64,000 nucleotides of DNA, from assembly GCA_963736005.1 (NCBI GenBank), contig CAVTNB010000001.1, forward strand, positions 1,664,001 through 1,728,000, read 5' to 3'. Under the pieces are notes generated by a model, which worked only from the letters and a program-made list of their open reading frames with translations, had not been told where the DNA came from and did not search any database. The stretch is from an uncultured Pseudomonadota bacterium. GTDB taxonomy: Bacteria > Vulcanimicrobiota > Vulcanimicrobiia > Eremiobacterales > Eremiobacteraceae. The translations under genes were made by a program, and so were the position numbers. This document shows, piece by piece, positions 57,232 through 64,000 of the stretch. Every line of letters begins with the position of its first letter. Within the stretch, counting starts at the first letter, position 1.

Positions 57232-58018
57232 CAGCGGACCTTGCGGTCCGCCAGCTTCCGAACGCTTCTCTGTCGTAGCACTCGCCGGCGGGTCGCTTGA
57301 AGCGGATTTTCGCCGAGCCCGGTATGACGTGCCAAATAAGGCCTATCTTCCAATCGGCGATGAGCTGATGATCGTTCGAGTGCTGCGGGCGCTCAAAGGC
57401 GCAGCTGGCGTGAAGGAGATCCGCTGTGTCACGCAACCCGATGCGCTCGCGTCACAACCGCAGATTCAGCGATTGTGCGACGCCGTGATTCCCCCGGGTG
57501 CAGACCTCATCGGCAGTGTGATCGCAGGACTCGAGGGTCTGCGCAATGACGAGCGTGTTCTTGTGGCTGCAACCGACATGCCGCTCCTCACGAGCGAGGC
57601 GGTCGATTCCTTTGCCGATCTCGCGTCCAGCACGCCGTGCGACGTGGGCTATGGCTTCGTGGAACGAAAGATTCACGATCGGAAGTATGCTGGCGTGCGA
57701 CACACCTGGGTGCGACTACGCGAAGGCACTTTTTGCGGCAGCGGTTTCAGCGTGCTGCGGGTTGGCGCAGCCAAGCGCATTCAAGATGCCTTGCGTCGGT
57801 TTACCGACGCGCGCAAATCGCCGGCGAAGATGGCGTCTTTGTTTTCCTTTGGCTTGGTCGTTCGTTTGCTGATGGGCCAGCTCAGTGTGAAAGAACTGGA
57901 GCAGCGCGCCAACACACTCACCGGTCTCACCTGTCGCGGTCTCATGTGCCCGTATCCGGAAGTGGCAGTGAATGTCGACCGCGTCAGCGATCTGCGGCAG
58001 ATCGAAGGTTTTTTATAG
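57224..58018 (+). CDS. MobA-like nucleotidyltransferase family protein
   Basis: LAGG, NKA-L-I, DMPLL, NVD---DL. Confidence 0.82.
   Translation: MSSSGPCGPPASERFSVVALAGGSLEADFRRARYDVPNKAYLPIGDELMIVRVLRALKGAAGVKEIRCVTQPDALASQPQIQRLCDAVIPPGADLIGSVIAGLEGLRNDERVLVAATDMPLLTSEAVDSFADLASSTPCDVGYGFVERKIHDRKYAGVRHTWVRLREGTFCGSGFSVLRVGAAKRIQDALRRFTDARKSPAKMASLFSFGLVVRLLMGQLSVKELEQRANTLTGLTCRGLMCPYPEVAVNVDRVSDLRQIEGFL
57228..57251 (+). repeat. REP class C embedded in-frame at a CDS start
   Basis: ctagcagcggaccttgcggtccgc, read as SSGPCGP. Confidence 0.65.
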
Positions 58019-58552
58019 ACGATCTTCGGGGCGGCCGATGCCTTGGTCGCGATAGGCTTTCGTCAACCGGACATACGCGGATGCGCCAACCTCGAGCCAT
58101 TTCTTCGAACTACCCTCGAGTGCGCGCTTGACCTTCGCTGGCGCACCCGCCGCGAGCATACCTGCGGGGATCTCCTGACCCTCGAGCACAACCGAGCCCG
58201 CCGCCACGAGCGCCTGCCTTCCCACAACCGCCCTATCTAAGATAACTGCATTCATACCGATGAGCGCGCCGCTGTGGACGTGACAGGCTTCAAGGATGGC
58301 TCCGTGACCGATCGTCACGTTATCTTCGATGACCGTATCGTGCCCTTCATAAACATGAATGACCGAGTTGTCCTGCACCGACGTATTCGCGCCGATCCGA
58401 ATGGCGGCTTCATCGCCGCGCAGCACGGCCCCGAACCACACGCTCGCTCCGTCGCCGAGTTCAACGTCTCCAATGACCGACGCCGTGGGCGCGATGAAAA
58501 CCCCTTTGCCGATTTTTGGCGTCTTGCCGTTGTACGTTAAAATACAGGCCAT
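58013..58552 (-). CDS. Gamma carbonic anhydrase family (hexapeptide repeat) protein
   Basis: VIGDV-LG, WFGAVLRGD, VQDN-VIH, TIGH, AGAPAK. Confidence 0.92.
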   Translation of the reverse strand: MACILTYNGKTPKIGKGVFIAPTASVIGDVELGDGASVWFGAVLRGDEAAIRIGANTSVQDNSVIHVYEGHDTVIEDNVTIGHGAILEACHVHSGALIGMNAVILDRAVVGRQALVAAGSVVLEGQEIPAGMLAAGAPAKVKRALEGSSKKWLEVGASAYVRLTKAYRDQGIGRPEDRL

Positions 58553-61500
58553 TCATCGTTCTCGCCGCGGGGAGCATCATACGGCGCATTCTTTCCTGCG
58601 TCGCCATCTGCGGGTTCCCCAGAGGATTCATCGTGTGCACGGCGCCTCGCCTCAGCGCGTTCGCGCGCGCGAAGACGACGATCCTCAAGCTCCTCAGCGT
58701 CGCTGACGAAGACCGATTGCTCGGCCTCGTCCCCGGCCTCATCGAAAGCAACGCGATCGTAGATTTCAGTCTCTTCACTGAGGCTTTTCCCACCGCGAGC
58801 TCCTTCATCCGGAATGTCAGGCGGCGGGGGATAGAGTTGACGAACCTTTCCCTTTTGCACCGGGGCGACATCTGCGGGCCGCATGAGCGGGCCGCGTGGC
58901 TGTCGTCCGAGTCCCTGCTTTTTGCGAGTATCAGGTTCGCCTTGTGGTTCTTCTTCGCGTTCGAAGTCTGGCGGCGGGTACACCTGACGAACCGCTGGTC
59001 CTTCGCGTTTCGGCTTTGGTGGCGCGGAGCGATCGCCGCGACCAAACCCTCGGCCGCCGCGCTCGCCTCGGTCGCTTCGGCCGCCACGCTCGCCTCGGTC
59101 GCCACGATCAGGCCGGACGCGTTGTGGCCCGCGCTCGCGATCCTCTTCGGGTCCTTTGCGGCGCGGGGGCAGCTCGACTTTTCGCGTTTCCACACGAATC
59201 ACCGCGGGTGCCTTCGGCTTGATGACCACATCCAACTCATCTTCGTCAACACGCCTGACCGGAACTCTCGGCTTGGGTTGCGAGCGCGATCCTCGATCTC
59301 GTGAAATCGGCTCCTTGACCCGGCCGTGCTCCGCCCGCGGGCGCGACTCGTCAATCTGTACCGGGCGCCCGTAGAGCTGACGAACGGGGCCGAACCGTTT
59401 CGGCTCGCGCATGCGCTCCGCCGGCCGTCTTGGATCGACGATCGTCTCCAACTCGTCATCCCCGCGCGCGTCGCCTTCGAAAGCGGGACTCGGACGACGC
59501 ACGACGAGCTCGTCCCCATCGTACACCGCTTCGTCTTCGTCCGCGTCGATGCGGGCGGGCGTGTCCACGCGCTGTACTCCTCGCCCTTTTCCTCGACCGC
59601 GATGCCGGCGGCGTCTCCGCCCCGCTTCTGACTCAGATTCGCTTTCGCTGAGAGGTTGACGCGGCGAAACGGCGCTTGCAGCAGGAGTGGTCACAATCGA
59701 CTCTTCATCACCGTCGTCGTAATCGATTTCTCCCTCGCCGCCGACCACAAGTGGTTGATGTTCTTGCGAACCTCGGCGCGGCGGGCCCGAGCGTCGGCGC
59801 CCGCTATCTCGGCGCTTGGCATCACTGGGCTTTTCCGTCCGCGTGCTACGGCCGCTTTGGACCGTGACTCGCGGGAAACGCTCAGCCTCTTCGTCGGCGA
59901 TCGAGAAGGCAACGTCTTGCAGTCTGCGTCGTGCGGCGGGCGCGCGCCGTTCTTCTGGCTTGCGACGTCCGTCCTCGGGGGCTTCGATCGGGCGCGGGAG
60001 TGGTGTCGGGGGCGCAATGGGCGCTTCGCCCGCAGCGATATCCTTCGCGCGTCCGCGGTCGCGGCGCCGGCGGCGCGATGCACCTGCGAGTGGCTCGGCC
60101 AGAACCGCTTTCACGAGATTGCCTTCGACGTTCTCTATTTTGAGTTTGATGGTTTGACCCGTTGCGTTGGCTGCGTCTTTGACTTCAATGAGATAACCGT
60201 TGATTTCCCCAACGCCTGATGCCGGATTGGGAAGTCGCACGGGCAGCAGTTCTACCTCGACGAAGCTCCCGACCACCGGTGCGGCGCGCATGCGGCGCGC
60301 ATCTTCAACAATAACATGCTCGCGGTGACGCTGCGTGTCGACATAGACTGCCACGTCGGCATCGTGATCTCGCGCGAGTTTTTGAAATTCATCCTGATAC
60401 CAGCCCAGCAGTTGCGTGGCGACTCCTGGATCGGCGACCACATCGAGCTTGCGCACGCTGCCAGTGTGCTCGAGGCGGTCGCGAATTTGTCGCAACACGC
60501 CGATGGCAACGGTTTCGCTCGACATCACGTTCCCCAGACCGGTGCAGTACGGGCAGTCTGAGCGTAATTGCCCTTCGAGATCCTTGCCCACACGCTTGCG
60601 GGTAAATTCCAGCAGGCCGAGTTTGGAAAATACTTGGATGGTGCTGCGCGTGCGGTCTCTGCGCAGCGCTTCGGTGAGCGTGGTGATCACCTGCTCCCGG
60701 CTACGCTCGTGGGTCATATCGATGAAGTCGACCACGATAATGCCGCCAATATCGCGCAGGCGGACCTGACGGGCAATTTCTGCGGCAGCTTCGATGTTCG
60801 TCTTCACGATCGTGTCTTCGAGGTTTCGACCACCGGTAAACTTCCCGGTGTTAACGTCGATGACCGTGAGCGCTTCTGTGTGTTCGAGGACGAGGTGCCC
60901 GCCCGATGGCAGCGGGATCTTCGGTTTGAGCAGCTTTTGAAGCTCGACGTCGATGCCGCGCTGTTCGAAGAGCGAGTTCGAACCATCCACGAGCTTCAAA
61001 CGATCGATGTATTGTGGTCCGAGCAGCGACATCGTTGAGCGAATTTCGTCGTACTGCTCTTTCGAGTCGATATAGACTGCGGTCACGTCGCTCGTGAGAA
61101 AGTCGCGCACGGCTTTGAAGACCAAGTTCAAATCTTTGTGCAGCAGTGCCGGCGCGCTTGAGCGCTTGTAACTCTCCAAGATGCCGTGCCAGAGCCGCAG
61201 CTGCACCCCCAGATCGGCGATGAGTTCAGCTTCGCTGACGCCTTGCGCCGCAGTGCGCACGATCGTGGCCATGCCTTCGGGTCGAACGCGCCGCATAATC
61301 TGCTTGAGGCGGGCGCGCTCGTTTGCGTCCTCGATTCGAGACGAAACGCCGGAGTAGCGACCCGTGGGCATCAGGACGAGATAGCGGCCGGGGAGAGAAA
61401 TGTTGGTCGAAACGCGAGCGCCTTTGAGGCCGCGCGGTTCTTTGACGACCTGGACCAAGACATCGCCGCCCACCTTGAGCAGCTCGTTGACGGTGTGGCC

Positions 61501-61764
61501 TTTGCGGCGGTCGGTGATCTCGGTTTCGCCGATGTTGATGGGATCGCGGAGGATATCGTCGACATACAGGAACGCGTTGCGACCCAACCCGATGTTGACG
61601 AAGCACGCGCCCATGCCGGGGAGCACATTTTCAACCCGGCCTTTGTAGATGGATCCTATTACCTTTTCTTCGCGCTCGAAATAGATCTCCGCAAGTGAAC
61701 CTTCTTCAAGAACGGCGACGCGGTTCTCCCACTCGTCGCATGAAATCAAAATCTCGGTTTTCAA
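58537..61764 (-). CDS. rne: RNase E/G with a TRAM-like domain and long disordered C-terminal scaffold
   Basis: S1 IYKG-V--VLPG, QV-KEP---KGA, IDVNTG, RLRDIGGIIVVDFIDM, CPYC-G-G; Arg/acidic C-terminal half. Confidence 0.95.
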   Translation of the reverse strand: MKTEILISCDEWENRVAVLEEGSLAEIYFEREEKVIGSIYKGRVENVLPGMGACFVNIGLGRNAFLYVDDILRDPINIGETEITDRRKGHTVNELLKVGGDVLVQVVKEPRGLKGARVSTNISLPGRYLVLMPTGRYSGVSSRIEDANERARLKQIMRRVRPEGMATIVRTAAQGVSEAELIADLGVQLRLWHGILESYKRSSAPALLHKDLNLVFKAVRDFLTSDVTAVYIDSKEQYDEIRSTMSLLGPQYIDRLKLVDGSNSLFEQRGIDVELQKLLKPKIPLPSGGHLVLEHTEALTVIDVNTGKFTGGRNLEDTIVKTNIEAAAEIARQVRLRDIGGIIVVDFIDMTHERSREQVITTLTEALRRDRTRSTIQVFSKLGLLEFTRKRVGKDLEGQLRSDCPYCTGLGNVMSSETVAIGVLRQIRDRLEHTGSVRKLDVVADPGVATQLLGWYQDEFQKLARDHDADVAVYVDTQRHREHVIVEDARRMRAAPVVGSFVEVELLPVRLPNPASGVGEINGYLIEVKDAANATGQTIKLKIENVEGNLVKAVLAEPLAGASRRRRRDRGRAKDIAAGEAPIAPPTPLPRPIEAPEDGRRKPEERRAPAARRRLQDVAFSIADEEAERFPRVTVQSGRSTRTEKPSDAKRRDSGRRRSGPPRRGSQEHQPLVVGGEGEIDYDDGDEESIVTTPAASAVSPRQPLSESESESEAGRRRRRHRGRGKGRGVQRVDTPARIDADEDEAVYDGDELVVRRPSPAFEGDARGDDELETIVDPRRPAERMREPKRFGPVRQLYGRPVQIDESRPRAEHGRVKEPISRDRGSRSQPKPRVPVRRVDEDELDVVIKPKAPAVIRVETRKVELPPRRKGPEEDRERGPQRVRPDRGDRGERGGRSDRGERGGRGFGRGDRSAPPKPKREGPAVRQVYPPPDFEREEEPQGEPDTRKKQGLGRQPRGPLMRPADVAPVQKGKVRQLYPPPPDIPDEGARGGKSLSEETEIYDRVAFDEAGDEAEQSVFVSDAEELEDRRLRARERAEARRRAHDESSGEPADGDAGKNAPYDAPRGENDEWPVF

Positions 61765-62169
61765 TACCGTATACCTTTGCTAGTGAGGAATGAGGAAATG
61801 CACAATACCGCCCTCTGGCAAAACGCCGGGCGGAACCGCCGTGCTTCCTCGAATTTACGTTCAGCCTCGATCCCTTCGCTTTGAAGAGCGGGGTCCGCGA
61901 GCAACCTGCAGCGCGATGCGCACCGGGAACTCGAGCGGAGGGCAAATAGGCCGGACAGTCGCGGGTTCTAAAAAAACTTTACACTGGCGTCGCTGTGCGA
62001 CGTGCCGAACCTCAAGCTGTCAGGCTAGTGGGTGGTTTCGGCACCGGAGAGCGTCCCGCCTCTGTACCCAAGCGTGCCGGCACAGTGCCCTTGTATCGGG
62101 CATCACCAATAGCCTCGCGCACCTTCCACTACCTAAGGCCGTTGCTGTTTGCACGCCGATAGTTCGATT

Positions 62170-63432
62170 ATGCGCGAGACCCATTATTTGCGAGTCCTCT
62201 TTGCGTGTTGTGCGATCCTGTGTTCCAGCGGTTGCTTTCCTGCGATCGTGCCGCCGACATTACACATTGTCGTCGACCCGGACGGCGGCGAACCAAAGGA
62301 CGATGCTTGCCGACGTGGCATTGCGTCTTACGATGCTGGCGATTATCCCGATGCGCTGAAGTGGTGGACGCAGTCCGCGAATGCGAACAGCCCATGTGGC
62401 ATCAACAATCTCGGTAAGTATTATTACGAGGGTCTTGCTGTACCGCAGAATCTTCCGCGCGCGATCGCACTTTTTAAGCAGTCCGCTGCCATGAACTATC
62501 CGGGAGCCCAGTATAACCTCGGCGTCAGATATCTCGAAGGTGACGGAGTCCAAAAAAATCATGCCCTAGCGATGGCGCTTTTGCAAAAGGCAGCCAGTCG
62601 GGGGTATAGTGACGCGGAGAACGAGCTTGGCATGGCCTACATGTATGGGACGGAGAGCACAGATTTTGCGACTGCTGAGCGCTACTTCCTCAGCAGCTAC
62701 AACCACGGCAACATGAAAGCTGCTGTCAACCTTGGTCACCTGTACTATCATCACGACATGCCCGACCATTTTGCCAAGGCGCTACGCTGGTATACCATTT
62801 CCAGTATGTACGACCAATCCCAATACCAACTTGGCGTCATGTATTGGAAAGGCGAGGGTGTGAAGCCAGATCTTGTAGTCGCGCGCGACTGGCTCAAGCG
62901 AGCCGCTATGTCGGGCGACGTTGATGGCGAGTATTTGTACGGGCTCATGAATTATGAGGGCGATGGCGGTCCACGCGACGAAGGCAGTGCGCTTCGGTGG
63001 TTCAAGAAAGCGGCTGACCGCGGGAACGCGGCCGCGATGACCGAACTTGCGACGGCCGCCTTGACCACCAACCCCCCGGTCACGGTACCCAGAATGCAAT
63101 TCGCGTTTGTGTACTATCGCGCGGCGGCCATGCTTGGTGACGAGGAAGCGCAGGCCAACCTCGCGTCGATCTACGTGGACGGCCTCTTCTTTCACGATGA
63201 CCCGAATGATCCGTCAAAGACCCACTACGTTATTGCTGCAGATCCCGAACAAGCCTACGTATGGTACTCGGTTGCGGCAACCAAGAGCGGCTTGGGGAAA
63301 CAGTTCTACGCGCAAGCGATGGCAAGAATCGCTGCGCTTCGACTAACTCTCAGCGCGGAGCAGCTCGCACAAGCCAAGGAACAGATTGAACACCAACTGC
63401 GCGCGGAAGCTGCCGCCAGTTGCAACTGCTGA
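62170..63432 (+). CDS. Sel1-like repeat protein (probable lipoprotein)
   Basis: Repeats of AQYNLG--Y--G-GV; N-terminal SSGC. Confidence 0.88.
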   Translation: MRETHYLRVLFACCAILCSSGCFPAIVPPTLHIVVDPDGGEPKDDACRRGIASYDAGDYPDALKWWTQSANANSPCGINNLGKYYYEGLAVPQNLPRAIALFKQSAAMNYPGAQYNLGVRYLEGDGVQKNHALAMALLQKAASRGYSDAENELGMAYMYGTESTDFATAERYFLSSYNHGNMKAAVNLGHLYYHHDMPDHFAKALRWYTISSMYDQSQYQLGVMYWKGEGVKPDLVVARDWLKRAAMSGDVDGEYLYGLMNYEGDGGPRDEGSALRWFKKAADRGNAAAMTELATAALTTNPPVTVPRMQFAFVYYRAAAMLGDEEAQANLASIYVDGLFFHDDPNDPSKTHYVIAADPEQAYVWYSVAATKSGLGKQFYAQAMARIAALRLTLSAEQLAQAKEQIEHQLRAEAAASCNC

Positions 63433-63439
63433 TCCTTTC

Positions 63440-64000
63440 TTAGTTGTCCCCAAAGAGCATCTTGTAGCGCTGCAGATGGATATTCAGCAACACACCGATA
63501 GCCAGAAAGCACGTAATAAGGCTCGACCCTCCGTAGGAAACGAAAGGCAAAGGGATGCCGGTGATCGGCATGATGCCGACCGTCATGCCCACGTTGATGA
63601 GCACCTGGAAGAGCAACATGGACACAATGCCGGTAGCCACGAATAACCCGTAACGGTCGCGCGCGGCGACCACCGAGAGCATCGAAAGTCCAAGCAGCGC
63701 TGCGTAGAATACGAGCAGGAGGGTCGCGCCGATGAAACCGAGCTCTTCACCGACCACGGTGAAAATAAAGTCCGTGGCGTGTTCAGGTACGAATCCGAGC
63801 TGCGTCTGCGTGCCCTGATACAAACCTTTGCCGGTCAGCTGGCCAGAGCCGATGGCAATCTTGCTCTGCATCAAGCTCCAACCCGCACCCTGCGGATCGG
63901 CTTCGGGATGCAAGAACGCCAAGAGTCGTTCGCGTTGATAATCTTTGAGCACGAATTTCGTCAAAATGGCAAACGCGCCGACGGCTGCGAGCCCAACAGC
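63440..64000 (-). CDS. rodA: Rod shape-determining protein RodA (5' part outside the window)
   Basis: YQ-ER---FL-PE-DP-GAG, AIGSG, PE--TDFIF---GEE-G, TGIPLPFVSYGGSS. Confidence 0.95.
   Translation of the reverse strand, partial: AVGLAAVGAFAILTKFVLKDYQRERLLAFLHPEADPQGAGWSLMQSKIAIGSGQLTGKGLYQGTQTQLGFVPEHATDFIFTVVGEELGFIGATLLLVFYAALLGLSMLSVVAARDRYGLFVATGIVSMLLFQVLINVGMTVGIMPITGIPLPFVSYGGSSLITCFLAIGVLLNIHLQRYKMLFGDN

Noticed and set aside
58516..59304. 262-aa plus-strand ORF with Ala-rich repeats
   Set aside because: Antisense to the low-complexity rne tail
1..64000. tRNA, rRNA, tmRNA, IS transposase, integrase or prophage
   Set aside because: No recognisable motifs by eye; nearly all sequence is explained by host CDSs

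Overview
A gene-dense, GC-rich (~60% by eye) bacterial chromosomal window with about 70 CDSs, mostly housekeeping and accessory genes. These include bolA-grx4, coxD/coxE/xdhC, mrp, livKHMGF, family B and family X DNA polymerases, uppS, ilvE, arginase, pit, queG, gdhA, ychF, mtnP, minor pilins, holB-tmk-decarboxylase, pdxS/T, pilT, ispE, rne and a partial rodA. I found no rRNA, tRNA, transposase, integrase or CRISPR array. Many Pro/Ser/Thr-rich exported proteins and a Terrabacteria-like gene order loosely suggest Eremiobacterota (Vulcanimicrobiota); this is inference only. The most interesting items lie outside the ORF track. (1) A strong sigma70 promoter, a ~235-nt structured leader and a 36-aa hydrophobic peptide ending DTVGWF converge on a membrane HD-GYP protein whose metal ligands are degenerate. 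(2) A 15-aa Lys-rich micropeptide has a perfect but hairpin-occluded SD and its own terminator. (3) Three GTAG-type REP families (over 20 copies) include an ~80-bp inverted composite pair that brackets a cupredoxin gene. (4) A ~184-nt structured RNA (6S-like) sits between divergent genes. (5) Several unusual proteins occur: a HisKA-O-methyltransferase fusion, a Cys-less CcdA and a cupredoxin paralog with swapped ligands. (6) tmk appears to start at AUA, and an AAA-R3H gene carries a +1 frameshift. All family assignments come from motif recognition by eye; no database search was run.
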